Part shown: positions 23,519-35,226 of the stretch, one piece after another
Layout of the letters: every line of letters begins with the position of its first letter
Position numbering within the stretch: the first letter of the stretch is position 1
Assembly (NCBI GenBank): GCA_025464895.1
Contig: JAODMG010000102.1
Span: 1 to 47,886 of the forward strand
From: Microbacteriaceae bacterium
GTDB lineage: Bacteria > Actinomycetota > Actinomycetes > Actinomycetales > Microbacteriaceae
Length of the DNA: 47,886 nucleotides
Direction of reading: 5' to 3'
The notes under the pieces: model-generated
Databases searched by the model: none
What the model was told of the DNA's origin: nothing
The model's input: only the letters and a program-made list of their open reading frames with translations
Made by a program: the position numbers and the translations under genes

Positions 23519-24401
23519 GTTCCGGCGCATTCTGCTCGACGGCGTTGCCACCCAGGTGGTAAGGCACGGCGGCACACTGACCGCGTCCGACGGGAGGGAG
23601 GTCTCGGCCGAAAGTGCGGTGCACCTTCCCCCGACCGAGCCGAGCAAGATCATCGCCGTGCACCTGAACTACGCCAGCCGCACCGAAGAATTCATGACGA
23701 AACTGCCGGATGCGCCGACCTACTTCCAGAAGCCGGTGACCGCGCTCAACAGCCACGGTGGGGCCGTGGTCCGTCCGCTCGGGTGCAAATGGCTGAACTT
23801 CGAAGGCGAGATCGTCATCGTCATCGGTCGAACCTGCCGCAACGTGTCCCCGGCGGAGGCCGGCGACTACATTGCGGGCTACACGATCGGGAACGACTTC
23901 GGCCTCCACGATTTCCGGGACACCGATGCCGGTTCGATGCTGCGGGTCAAGGGCAGTGACACCCTGGCGCCGGTCGGCCCGGGCCTCGTCACCGACTGGG
24001 ACTTCCGCGACAAGCAGATCCGCACCATGGTGAACGGGGTCGTGAAGCAGGACGACAGCACGGCGAACATGAAGTGGGACATGCATTACCTGGTCGCGGA
24101 CATCGCCCGCACGATCACCCTCAGCCCCGGCGACCTGCTGTTCACCGGCACCCCGGCGTTCTCGCGTCCGGTGGAGCCCCGGGACGTCATCGAGGTCGAG
24201 GTCGAGGGCCTCGGCACCCTGCGCAACCACGTGGTGTCCGGTCCGATCCCGATACGAACGGATGTCGGTGCCCAACCCAGCGAGAGCGAAGAGGTCGTCT
24301 CGACGGCGCTCGGCGGCGACTGGGAGTTTCGCGGCATCCGCACCCCGTCGAAAGACCTGTACCCCTCGACGGTCGAGGAGACGACAGTGGAGGACAGCTA
24401 G
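23511..24401 (+). CDS. Fumarylacetoacetate hydrolase family protein (HpaG-like decarboxylase/isomerase)
   Basis: KIIAVHLNY, FQKP, FEGEI, GYTIGND, RVKGSDT, PGDLLFTGTP. Confidence 0.9.
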   Translation: MTEFRRILLDGVATQVVRHGGTLTASDGREVSAESAVHLPPTEPSKIIAVHLNYASRTEEFMTKLPDAPTYFQKPVTALNSHGGAVVRPLGCKWLNFEGEIVIVIGRTCRNVSPAEAGDYIAGYTIGNDFGLHDFRDTDAGSMLRVKGSDTLAPVGPGLVTDWDFRDKQIRTMVNGVVKQDDSTANMKWDMHYLVADIARTITLSPGDLLFTGTPAFSRPVEPRDVIEVEVEGLGTLRNHVVSGPIPIRTDVGAQPSESEEVVSTALGGDWEFRGIRTPSKDLYPSTVEETTVEDS

Positions 24402-24593
24402 TTGATCAAGGTTGAAGTGGATATGAGTCTCTGCCAGAACTATGGGCAGTGCGTGTTCGAAGCGCCCAGGATTTTCCATCTGAACGACGACGACAAGCTC
24501 GAGCACCTGGCGGAAGCCAATGACGATGAGCGCGACCAGGTCGAGTCTGCGGTGGATGTCTGCCCGATGCAGGCCATTCGAATCGTCGACTGA
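24402..24593 (+). CDS. Ferredoxin, 3Fe-4S type (P450-associated)
   Basis: CQNYGQC...CPMQAI motif; 63 aa; abuts both neighbouring genes with zero spacing. Confidence 0.9.
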   Translation: MIKVEVDMSLCQNYGQCVFEAPRIFHLNDDDKLEHLAEANDDERDQVESAVDVCPMQAIRIVD

Positions 24594-25808
24594 ATGAGCA
24601 CCCCGGCCGAGGCTCCGGTCGTCATCGTCGGTGGCGCGATGGGAGGACTGCGGGCGGCCGAGGCCCTCAGGCGAGCCGGATATACCGGCGGAGTGAAGGT
24701 CGTCGGACAGGAACTGCACGCCCCGTACAATCGGCCGCCGCTGTCCAAGGATGTCCTGTCGACCGTCGTCACCCACGAGGCCGTCGCCTTCCCAGAGCGT
24801 GCGGCAACGGCCGATGTCGACTGGGTGCGCGGGGTGTCAGCCACCGACGCCGATCTCGAGGCGAGAACCGTGACGACCGACGACGGCGAAGTGCATCCCT
24901 GGAAGGCACTGGTCATCGCGACCGGTCTTCGGGCCCGCCGCCTGGCGCTTCCCGAGCTGCCGGGCCGCCAGGCCATCCGCACTCTCGACGATGCAATCGC
25001 CCTCCGGGCACAGTTGACCGATGTCGCCAGGATTGTCGTGCTCGGCTCCGGATTCCTCGGCTGTGAAGTCGCCGCCACCGCACGAAAGCTGGGCTGTGAT
25101 GTGACCATCGTGTCGCCGAGCGACCTACCGATAGTCCGCCCGCTCGGTCGACTCGTCGCCGGCGAGATTCAACGCCGCCACGAGGCAAAGGGGGTGCGAT
25201 TCCGGTTGGGAAGAACGGTGGAGCACCTCGACGGCGAGGATCGACTCACCGCGGTGGCGCTGGACGACGGTGAACGGATCGAGGCGGATGTGCTGGTCGA
25301 GGCCATCGGATCGGACTGCAACAGCGAATGGTTGGCAGGCACCCCGCTGGACCTGACCGACGGGATCCGCGCCGACGCGGCCATGCGCGCGGTCTCGACC
25401 GATGGCATGGCCCACGACGACGTGTATGTCGTGGGAGACATCGCCAGGTTCCCGAACCTCATGTTCGACGACGTGCCGAGGCGGGTCGAGCACTGGAACA
25501 TCCCGACCGACACCGGAAAGCGTGCCGGTGCGGTTCTCGCCTCCTGGCTCGCGAACGACGGCTCGTTCGCCGACGCCGTTGCGCAGCCGTTCACGCCGAT
25601 GCCATCGTTCTGGTCCAACCAGTTCGAGCTAGCGCTGCAGGCGTACGGACTCCCGAGTCTCGCGGACGAGGACGGCATCAGGCTGCTCGATGGCGAGCTG
25701 TCGGGGGATGCGATCGTCGGCTACTACCGCGGCGACCGGCTGGTCGGGGTGGTCGGCCTCGGCATGAAGGCGGCCCTGCTGCCGTATCGCGCGACTATCG
25801 CCGGCTAG
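24594..25808 (+). CDS. FAD-dependent ferredoxin reductase
   Basis: PYNRPPLSK, LVIATG, GSGFLGCEVA, VGDIA, RRVEHW, PSFWSNQ. Confidence 0.92.
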   Translation: MSTPAEAPVVIVGGAMGGLRAAEALRRAGYTGGVKVVGQELHAPYNRPPLSKDVLSTVVTHEAVAFPERAATADVDWVRGVSATDADLEARTVTTDDGEVHPWKALVIATGLRARRLALPELPGRQAIRTLDDAIALRAQLTDVARIVVLGSGFLGCEVAATARKLGCDVTIVSPSDLPIVRPLGRLVAGEIQRRHEAKGVRFRLGRTVEHLDGEDRLTAVALDDGERIEADVLVEAIGSDCNSEWLAGTPLDLTDGIRADAAMRAVSTDGMAHDDVYVVGDIARFPNLMFDDVPRRVEHWNIPTDTGKRAGAVLASWLANDGSFADAVAQPFTPMPSFWSNQFELALQAYGLPSLADEDGIRLLDGELSGDAIVGYYRGDRLVGVVGLGMKAALLPYRATIAG

Positions 25809-25832
25809 CGATGTCACCGTGTCACGGTGTCG

Positions 25833-26555
25833 TCAGTGTGGGCTATCGACTGCCGCTCCGCGGTCGACGGCGGCGAGGATGATCTCGCCGAGCTCGCGCG
25901 GCCTGGTGAACTGTGGCCAGTGACCGGTCGGAAGGTCCAGATATTCCACATCACGCATGCGCGCGAGTTCCGCGACATAAGGATGACCGGCCTCGATCCA
26001 CTGCCTGAGATCGGCCGAGGAGTACTCGCAGGCGACGACGGTCGCAGGCACGTCAAAGCGACGCTCGTCACTGAGGCGCTGTTGGTCGTAGGCCACGCCC
26101 CGCGGTTGCGGTACCGCCAGCGCCCGGAACGCGGAGCGCAACTCATCGTTCAGGTCGACGAGATCGGCGTCGTCGAATGCCTCCCACGGAGGCAACGGAA
26201 CATCATCCCCCTCCGCCGGCAGCTCGTCATTGATGACGCCGCCTTCGCCGAGTGGTCCGCTGTCGACGTAGATGGCGCGAGCCACCCGATCGGGACGCCG
26301 GTCGGCGGCGCCGTAGATGATGGCTCCGCCGCCGGAATGACCGACCAGGACAACGGGGGAGTCGAAGGAGTCGATCCTCGCGACGACGGCGTCGATGTGG
26401 TCGCTCAGGCCGATGCCCGACCGCGGCGCGTCGACCGCCTCCAGTCCTGGGAGGGTGAGCGGATGCACCCGATGCCCTGCCGCCTCCAGCGCGGGCGTGA
26501 CCTCAGACCACGACGACGCATCCAACCAGAATCCGGGAACCAGGATGATGTCCAT
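25833..26555 (-). CDS. Alpha/beta-fold hydrolase/esterase
   Basis: LVPGFW, GHSGGG nucleophile elbow, TGHWPQF catalytic His. Confidence 0.9.
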   Translation of the reverse strand: MDIILVPGFWLDASSWSEVTPALEAAGHRVHPLTLPGLEAVDAPRSGIGLSDHIDAVVARIDSFDSPVVLVGHSGGGAIIYGAADRRPDRVARAIYVDSGPLGEGGVINDELPAEGDDVPLPPWEAFDDADLVDLNDELRSAFRALAVPQPRGVAYDQQRLSDERRFDVPATVVACEYSSADLRQWIEAGHPYVAELARMRDVEYLDLPTGHWPQFTRPRELGEIILAAVDRGAAVDSPH

Positions 26556-26617
26556 GACGGCACCGTACGCCGCCCCTCCGACACGCGGTATCCCTCGCCG
26601 CGATTTTGGCCGGGCGC

Positions 26618-27277
26618 CTAGCCGGTTTGGCCGTTTGGGCGTCCGAGCCCGACCGCCGGCATCACAACGCCATCGATCAGCGAAATCAGAAAATCGCGGT
26701 CGACCGGTTTCCTGAGGATAAGCACCCGGTAGGCGGCCATCGCGGCACTGATCTGGGACAGAACCTCGATTTCACAGTCCGCCGGAATCTGACCACGGTC
26801 GATCGCCCTCTGCATCAGTGCGCGGGTCGCGGCGGCCCTCGGCTCGATGATCGCCGCGTTGGCGGCATCTGCGAGCCCGGGGTCATGCGACAGCATCGAC
26901 ATCAGGCCGGCCATGATCTGGAGCTTCCTCTGGCCGTCCTTGATCGAGGGCGGCTTGATCATGGCGATGAGATCGCCCCGCAGCGATCCGGTGTCCGGAA
27001 GCCGCGAATAGTCGACCTGCTTCATGCAGGCGATGGCGTCGATGATAAGTTCACCCTTCGACGGCCACCGACGGTAGAGGGTGGCCTTACCGGCCTTGGC
27101 GCGAGCGGCGACCATGTCGATGGTCATGCCGTCGTACCCGGTCTCCGCCAGAACCTCGAGTGCGGCATCCAGGATCTCCGGGTCACGGGTGTGGTCTCGT
27201 TTGCGCCCCAGCTTCGGAGACTGCTCGGTCGTCTCCTCGGTAGCGTCCAGATGCCCAGTGATGTCGAGCTGCGTCAT
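26618..27277 (-). CDS. TetR/AcrR family regulator
   Basis: ILDAALEVLAETGYDGMTIDMVAARAKAGKATLYRRWPSK helix-turn-helix; PDTGSLRGDL; start moved to ATG 27277 (GGAGA upstream). Confidence 0.92.
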   Translation of the reverse strand: MTQLDITGHLDATEETTEQSPKLGRKRDHTRDPEILDAALEVLAETGYDGMTIDMVAARAKAGKATLYRRWPSKGELIIDAIACMKQVDYSRLPDTGSLRGDLIAMIKPPSIKDGQRKLQIMAGLMSMLSHDPGLADAANAAIIEPRAAATRALMQRAIDRGQIPADCEIEVLSQISAAMAAYRVLILRKPVDRDFLISLIDGVVMPAVGLGRPNGQTG

Positions 27278-27344
27278 TGCGGCTTTCTCCATTTCAGTCG
27301 GGGTTGCCAGGTTACCGGAAGGTAAATTCAGAACTGTTAAGATC

Positions 27345-27362
27345 CGAAACTCAAGAGTATCG
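27345..27362. promoter_or_regulatory. Candidate TetR operator CGAAACTC-AA-GAGTATCG
   Basis: Inverted repeat with one mismatch in the divergent TetR/MFS gap, immediately before candidate -10 TATGGT (27365-27370). Confidence 0.6.
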
Positions 27363-27377
27363 TATATGGTGGCAGTT

Positions 27378-28907
27378 ATGTCACAGACTTCAGTCAAAAC
27401 TTCCGCGGCACCAAACGCTCCAGCGGTGTCAAACCGGCGGTGGTGGACGCTTACGATCGTCGCCCTCGCGCAACTCATGGTCGTGCTCGACTCGACGGTG
27501 GTGAACATCGCGCTGCCGTCGGCCCAGGCAGACCTCGGCTTCACCGATGGCCAACGCCAATGGATCATCACCGCATACTCGCTCGCATTCGGCAGCCTCC
27601 TGCTGCTCGGTGGCCGCCTGTCAGACCTGATCGGTCGCAAGCGCACCTTCATCATCGGCCTGATCGGGTTCGCCGGCGCTTCCGCAATCGGCGGCGCAGC
27701 AGGAACCTTCGGAATGCTCGTCGGCGCCCGCGCCCTGCAGGGAGCATTCGGTGCGCTTCTCGCCCCGACCGCCCTCGCCGTGCTAACGACGACGTTCACC
27801 ATTCCCAAGGAGCGAGCGCGCGCGTTCGGCGTCTTCGGCGCGATCGCCGGGGCGGGTGGTGCTGTCGGCCTCCTCCTCGGTGGATACCTGACCCAGGACT
27901 TCGACTGGCGCTGGAACCTCTACATCAACGTCTTCATCGCGATCATCGCGATCGTCGGCGCGGCGATCTTCGTCGAGCAGGCCAAGCGCACCGGACCGCG
28001 TCCGAAGCTCGACATCCCGGGTACGGTGCTCGTCTCCGGCGCGCTGTTCGGCCTGGTCTACGGATTCTCCAACGCTGAGACCGACGGATGGGGCTCCGCG
28101 CTGACCTGGGGCATGCTCGCGGGCGCCGGGGTGCTGCTCATCGCCTTCGTGCTCTGGCAGCGGCGGGCGACGCACCCGCTCCTGCCCCTGTCGATCGTGC
28201 TCGATCGCAATCGTGCCGCCGCCTACAGCTCGATTCTCATCGCCGGTGCCGGGATGTTCGGGGTCTTCCTGTTCGTCACCTACTTCCTGCAGATCTCACT
28301 CCACTACACGCCCATCCAGGCGGGGTTGTCGTTCCTACCGATGATCGGGATGCTGATCACCGCGGCGCAGCTCTCGACGAATATCTTCGTTCCACGGTTT
28401 GGTCCGAAGATCATGGTTCCGATCGGGATGACCCTCGCCGCCATCGGGATGGTCTACCTGACTCACCTGAACCTGGGCAGCACCTACGCCGCCGACGTGC
28501 TCCCTCCGCTGATGATCCTCGGTGCTGGCATGGGTTCGATCATGCCGGCGTCGATGCAGACGGCCACGCTGGGTGTCGACCGCCAGTTCGCCGGCGTCGC
28601 ATCCGCAATGGTCAACACCAGCCAGCAGGTCGGCGGATCGATCGGAACCGCACTGTTGAACACGCTCGCCGCTACCGCCGCCAGCAGCTATGTCGCCTCG
28701 CACCTGCCGGCAACACCGACGGTGGCGATGGCGGCCGCTATTCAGAGCTACGCGGTCGCCTACTGGTGGGGCGCCGGATTCTTCGCATTCGGGGGACTCT
28801 TGGCCGCATTCCTGTTCAGGCGCCGCGGACAGGGCCTGTCGCTGTCCAACGCCACCGCGACATCCAGCAGCAATGCGGATGACGCGGTACCGGTCGCGGT
28901 TCACTAG
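27378..28907 (+). CDS. MFS efflux transporter, DHA2 (EmrB/QacA, 14 TM)
   Basis: LDSTVVNIALP, GGRLSDLIGRK, RALQG, WRWNLYINV, ASAMVNTSQQVGGSIG. Confidence 0.92.
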   Translation: MSQTSVKTSAAPNAPAVSNRRWWTLTIVALAQLMVVLDSTVVNIALPSAQADLGFTDGQRQWIITAYSLAFGSLLLLGGRLSDLIGRKRTFIIGLIGFAGASAIGGAAGTFGMLVGARALQGAFGALLAPTALAVLTTTFTIPKERARAFGVFGAIAGAGGAVGLLLGGYLTQDFDWRWNLYINVFIAIIAIVGAAIFVEQAKRTGPRPKLDIPGTVLVSGALFGLVYGFSNAETDGWGSALTWGMLAGAGVLLIAFVLWQRRATHPLLPLSIVLDRNRAAAYSSILIAGAGMFGVFLFVTYFLQISLHYTPIQAGLSFLPMIGMLITAAQLSTNIFVPRFGPKIMVPIGMTLAAIGMVYLTHLNLGSTYAADVLPPLMILGAGMGSIMPASMQTATLGVDRQFAGVASAMVNTSQQVGGSIGTALLNTLAATAASSYVASHLPATPTVAMAAAIQSYAVAYWWGAGFFAFGGLLAAFLFRRRGQGLSLSNATATSSSNADDAVPVAVH

Positions 28908-28948
28908 CCGCAGCTGCCAGCCACTGCCGCTAGTCGGAGTCGCTAACG

Positions 28949-28981
28949 GGGAAGGCCGTCCACTGGGTGGGCGGCCTTTCC
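28949..28981 (+). terminator. Hairpin after the MFS gene, probable terminator
   Basis: 15-bp stem GGGAAGGCCGTCCAC/GTGGGCGGCCTTTCC with 3-nt loop; no long T tail. Confidence 0.6.
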
Positions 28982-29088
28982 TGCGTCGGCGGTGCGTGCT
29001 TGAGTCTCCTCGGTGCCTCTGACGCCACGGACGGCAAGGCGTACCATTTCGGGTGAGTATCCCGCTAACCGAGGGGTAGGTCGTCCAG

Positions 29089-30960
29089 ATGAGCAAATAT
29101 CCGCTGATCGCCGAGCACGGCCTGATCGGTGATCTCCAGACAGCCGCACTCGTCGCAACGGACGGCACTCTCGATTGGTTCTGTAGCCCGCGCTTCGACT
29201 CGCCGAGCATTTTCGGCTCGCTGATGGACAGCGTCCGCGGGGGGCACTTCAGCGCCCGTCCCATTACGGACGAATTCGATACGAAACAGCTCTATCTCCC
29301 GGACACGGCCATCCTCATCACACGATTCCTGACGAAGGGCGGAGTGGGAGAAGTGGTCGACTTCATGCCGACAACAGGCGACGCCCCCAGGGAGGGCCAC
29401 CGTCTGATTCGCATGCTGCGATGCGTGCGCGGAACGATGGAGTTCGAAATCGAGGTGGCCCCTCGCTTCGACTACGGTCGCCGCACCCACCGCCTCATCG
29501 CCAGTGAGGCTGGCGTGCAGTTTGATGCCGGTGACACTGGCCTGACGCTCAGCATCATCCGCGAATTGGAGTACACGCAGCTGGGCCGGTATGAGACGAC
29601 CGACGAAGGCGACCTGCACATCTGGCTGACGCTTGAAGAAGGCCAGATGCGCGGCGCCGCCATCGAAACCGGTCCAGTCCATCAGCCGGTGGTGATGGTG
29701 CCCGCTGAGGCCCAACGACTGCTCGAGAGCACGGCGCACTTCTGGCAGGAATGGGTAGGCCAATCCACCTACACGGGACGATGGCGGGAACAACTGGAGC
29801 GATCGGCGATCACGCTCAAGTTGCTGACCTACGCTCCGACCGGCGGATTGGTCGCCGCGCCGACGGCCGGCCTGCCGGAAGAGATCGGCGGGGAACGCAA
29901 TTGGGACTACCGATACACCTGGGTGCGCGACGCATCGTTCTCGGTTCACACGCTGGTGAGGATGGGCTTCGTCGACGAGGCAGTTGCGTTCAGCAAGTGG
30001 TTTCGTGACCGCGTGATTGAGCGAACCGACAGCAAGACCGGTCCGCTGAATGTCATGTACCGCGTCGACGGAGACCCCGAGCTCGCAGAGGAGACTCTCA
30101 CCGACTGGGAGGGTTACCAATGCTCCTACCCGGTACGAATCGGCAACGGGGCCGCCGGGCAGTTGCAGCTCGACATCTACGGCGAGGCACTCGATGCCGT
30201 GTACTTCCTCGATCGCTTTGGCGTCGAGATCGGCCAACCCGCCTGGCTCTCCATCTGCGAGCTGCTCGAATGGCTCGCCGACAACTGGGACCAACCGGAA
30301 GAAGGAATCTGGGAGACGCGCGGTGGTCGCAAGAACTTCACCTACGGAAGGCTCATGTGCTGGGTTGCGTTCGATCGCGCCATCCGCCTGGCAACCGCAC
30401 ATGGGAGGCCCGCGCCGATGGCCCGCTGGATCGCGGAACGCGACGCCATTTACAACCAGATCATGGACAAGGGCTGGAGTGCCGAGCGGGGAGCATTCGT
30501 GCAGCACTTTGACGAGAACGTGCTCGACGCCTCCCTGCTCAAGATGACGCAAGTGGGCTTCGTGACGCCAGGGGATCCCATGTGGCAGTCCACGCTGCGG
30601 GCGATCGACGCCGAGCTGGTGTCCGACAGTCTGGTGTTCCGGTACGACCCGAGTGCATCACCCGATGGCCTCAACGGCGACGAGGGCACGTTCTCGCTCT
30701 GCACCTTCCTGTACGTGGACGCGCTTGCTCGCGCCGGGCGACTGGATGAGGCCAGGCTCACGTTCGAGAAGATGCTGACCTACGCGAACCATCTGGGCCT
30801 CTATTCCGAGGAGATCGCGGCCACCGGAGAACAGGTCGGCAACTTCCCACAGGCTTTCACGCACCTTGCCCTCATCGACGCCGCGATCACGCTGAATGAA
30901 AACCTGGACAAGGAGATGGACAGGAACCGCCGCTTCAGCCGACTGAGGGTGCCGCGCTAA
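29089..30960 (+). CDS. Glycoside hydrolase family 15 (trehalase/glucoamylase-like)
   Basis: LIGDLQTAALV, GERNWDYRYTWVRDASF, QLQLDIYGE, EGIWETRG, GLYSEE, GNFPQAFTHLALI. Confidence 0.93.
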   Translation: MSKYPLIAEHGLIGDLQTAALVATDGTLDWFCSPRFDSPSIFGSLMDSVRGGHFSARPITDEFDTKQLYLPDTAILITRFLTKGGVGEVVDFMPTTGDAPREGHRLIRMLRCVRGTMEFEIEVAPRFDYGRRTHRLIASEAGVQFDAGDTGLTLSIIRELEYTQLGRYETTDEGDLHIWLTLEEGQMRGAAIETGPVHQPVVMVPAEAQRLLESTAHFWQEWVGQSTYTGRWREQLERSAITLKLLTYAPTGGLVAAPTAGLPEEIGGERNWDYRYTWVRDASFSVHTLVRMGFVDEAVAFSKWFRDRVIERTDSKTGPLNVMYRVDGDPELAEETLTDWEGYQCSYPVRIGNGAAGQLQLDIYGEALDAVYFLDRFGVEIGQPAWLSICELLEWLADNWDQPEEGIWETRGGRKNFTYGRLMCWVAFDRAIRLATAHGRPAPMARWIAERDAIYNQIMDKGWSAERGAFVQHFDENVLDASLLKMTQVGFVTPGDPMWQSTLRAIDAELVSDSLVFRYDPSASPDGLNGDEGTFSLCTFLYVDALARAGRLDEARLTFEKMLTYANHLGLYSEEIAATGEQVGNFPQAFTHLALIDAAITLNENLDKEMDRNRRFSRLRVPR

Positions 30961-31014
30961 CCCATCGCTGGAGGAATCCATCCGCGACAACCCGAGCGGT
31001 GAGCGCTTGGCCCG

Positions 31015-32847
<1,833 letters not shown>

Positions 32848-32919
32848 TACCGAGCACGATAACAGACTCCGTTGGGGCTTCGCTCGTGATGGCGGCCGCG
32901 GCGTCCCGTACGCTTGGTA

Positions 32920-33005
32920 ATCGACACGGGGTGCTCCGCCATCGGGCGAGCTGAGATTCATACCCGTTGAACCTGTCTAGTTAGCACTAGCGAAGGGATG
33001 TCGAC
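32920..33005 (+). ncRNA. TPP riboswitch upstream of thiD-tenA
   Basis: CGGGGTGC...GCTGAGA...TACCCGTTGAACCTGTCTAGTTAGCACTAGCGAAGGGA, closed by P1 TCGACA/TGTCGA. Confidence 0.92.
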
Positions 33006-33006
33006 G

Positions 33007-34518
33007 ATGAACACGCGCGCCTCGAGTCTCGCGTTGAGGTCTACGCCACGGGTGCTGAGTATCGCGGGCACCGACCCGACCGGCGGTGCAGGCATCCACG
33101 CCGACGTGAAGAGCATCGCTGCCAACGGTGGCTATGGGATGGCCGTGGTGACGGCTCTTGTGGCACAGAACACTCGCGGGGTGGTTTCGATCCATACCCC
33201 GCCGGTGGAATTCCTCCGGCAGCAGTTGGATGCCGTCAGTGACGACGTGAGCATCGACGCTGTCAAGGTCGGCATGCTCGGAGACGTCACGGTCATAGGG
33301 GAGGTGCGCTCATGGCTCGAGTCAGTCCGGCCGCCTCTCATTGTCCTTGACCCGGTGCTCGTGGCCACCAGCGGCGACCGGCTCCTCGAACCATCGGCGG
33401 AACAGGCGCTTCGCGACCTGGTTCCGCTCGTCGACCTCGTGACCCCGAACATCCCGGAACTGGCGGTGCTGCTGGAGGAGCCACCCGCGGCCAATTGGGA
33501 CGAGGCGGTGGAGCAGGGCAGACGGCTGTCGTCGGTTACGGGGGTAACGGTCCTGGTCAAGGGAGGGCATTTCACCGAGTCCACCTGCCCCGACGCACTA
33601 ATCAATACGAATGGGCTTCTTGGGGATGATGTCGTGGAGTTCGCCTCGCCGCGGGTCAACACCAAGAACACCCATGGCACCGGCTGCTCGCTCTCCTCCG
33701 CGATGGCGACCGTGCAGGCCCAGACGGGCGATTGGCGCCTTTCCCTCGCGCAGGTCAAGGCGTGGTTGCAGGATGCGCTCGTGCACGCAGACGCACTGGA
33801 GGTAGGCACGGGAAACGGCCCGATCAACCACTTCCACCAGATTTTTGCCGACAAACCTCCCGTCGGCGACGAATTCAGCGCGAGCCTGTGGCGCGACATC
33901 GAGCCGATCCGGGCGGCGATTTTCGACTTGCCATTCATCACTGCGCTCGGCGACGGCACCCTCGCCGAAGAGCACTTCTCCTACTACCTGGCGCAGGACG
34001 CCCTCTATCTGGGTACCTACTCACGGGTCCTCGCGAGTGCGAGTTCCCTCGCGCCGACGGAGGCGGCCAGGGCCTTCTGGGCTAACTCGGCACGGGTGTG
34101 CCTCCAGGTCGAGGCCGAGCTGCACCGTCGATGGCTGGGCGGACAGGTCGCCGAGGCACCGGGGCCGGTCACGACGGCCTACCTGGATCATCTGCTCGCG
34201 GTCTGCGCGCAGGACAATTACGCCGTACTCGTCGCTGCGGTGCTGCCGTGCTACTGGCTGTATGCCGAGGTGGGGGAACGACTCCACGCGCAATTCCTCT
34301 CGCAGGCGGACCGCGGTGCGCATCCCTACGCCGACTGGCTGACCACCTATGCCGACGAGGGCTTTGCTGCAACTACCCGCCAGGCGATCGTGTACACCGA
34401 CGCGGCGGCCCGGGACGCGTCGATCGGTGAGAGAACGGCGATGAGAAGGGCCTTTTCCCAATCCTCACAGTTCGAGGTCGACTTCTTCGATGCACCGCGC
34501 CGCCATGCGCTGGTCTGA
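33007..34518 (+). CDS. thiD: HMP/HMP-P kinase fused to a TenA (thiaminase II) domain
   Basis: VLSIAGTDPTGGAGIHAD, AQNTRGV, VKVGML, NTHGTGCSLS; C-terminal YLAQDALYL and LPCYWLYAEVG of TenA; alternative start at 32998. Confidence 0.93.
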   Translation: MNTRASSLALRSTPRVLSIAGTDPTGGAGIHADVKSIAANGGYGMAVVTALVAQNTRGVVSIHTPPVEFLRQQLDAVSDDVSIDAVKVGMLGDVTVIGEVRSWLESVRPPLIVLDPVLVATSGDRLLEPSAEQALRDLVPLVDLVTPNIPELAVLLEEPPAANWDEAVEQGRRLSSVTGVTVLVKGGHFTESTCPDALINTNGLLGDDVVEFASPRVNTKNTHGTGCSLSSAMATVQAQTGDWRLSLAQVKAWLQDALVHADALEVGTGNGPINHFHQIFADKPPVGDEFSASLWRDIEPIRAAIFDLPFITALGDGTLAEEHFSYYLAQDALYLGTYSRVLASASSLAPTEAARAFWANSARVCLQVEAELHRRWLGGQVAEAPGPVTTAYLDHLLAVCAQDNYAVLVAAVLPCYWLYAEVGERLHAQFLSQADRGAHPYADWLTTYADEGFAATTRQAIVYTDAAARDASIGERTAMRRAFSQSSQFEVDFFDAPRRHALV

Positions 34519-34525
34519 CGAACGC

Positions 34526-35170
34526 CTACTGCCTTGGTGGCAGACGTGCCAACAGCCGCCGCGCGGCATCGGTCGGATCATCCGCTTCCGTGATCGCCCG
34601 AACGACCACGACACGGGTCGCGCCGGCATCCACGACCTGATCGATGTTGCCGAGGTCGATGCCGCCGATCGCGAACCACGGCACAGCGCTTCCCTTATCG
34701 CGGGTGCGTTCGCTTGCGTACCGAACGAGGCCCAGCCCCACCGCGGCACGCCCGGGTTTCGTCGGGGTTGGCCACAGCGGACCGACGCAGAAGTAGCTCA
34801 GGGTCGGGGAGACCAGCGCCGCATCGACCTGGGAGGGCGTGTGGCTGGAGAGCCCGATCGCTGCGGCGTCGCCGAGAATTCGGCGGGCGGCGGCGGGCGG
34901 CAGGTCATCCTGGCCGAGGTGCAGAACCGGCGCACCAGCCGCCTTGGCAATGTCGGCCCTGTCGTTGACCGCCCACAATCGCCCGTGACGTTCGGCGACC
35001 GTCCGGAGCACGCCGAGAAGTTCCAACTCCTCGGCAGCATCGAGACTCTTGTCTCTGAGCTGAATGATATCCACGCCTCCGGCGAAGGCGGCATCCAGGA
35101 ACTCGGCGAAATCGCCGCGGTTCTTCCTGGCATCGGTGCAGAGATACAGGTGGGCGCGATCGTGGTTCAT
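34526..35170 (-). CDS. thiE: Thiamine-phosphate synthase
   Basis: [49 protein letters not shown]. Confidence 0.95.
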   Translation of the reverse strand: MNHDRAHLYLCTDARKNRGDFAEFLDAAFAGGVDIIQLRDKSLDAAEELELLGVLRTVAERHGRLWAVNDRADIAKAAGAPVLHLGQDDLPPAAARRILGDAAAIGLSSHTPSQVDAALVSPTLSYFCVGPLWPTPTKPGRAAVGLGLVRYASERTRDKGSAVPWFAIGGIDLGNIDQVVDAGATRVVVVRAITEADDPTDAARRLLARLPPRQ

Positions 35171-35226
35171 TCGAACCAGAATAAGGGCGAGGTGCGACCC
35201 CGCCGACCACTGCCGCGAGTGTCCGC

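Noticed and set aside
20633-23653. 1006-aa minus-strand ORF
   Set aside because: Antisense shadow of MarR, ALDH, dioxygenase and the FAH start; no motifs; long stop-free antisense frames are expected at this GC content
25815-25829. Inverted repeat CACCGTG-T-CACGGTG between convergent stops
   Set aside because: Too short and lacking T tracts to call a terminator with confidence
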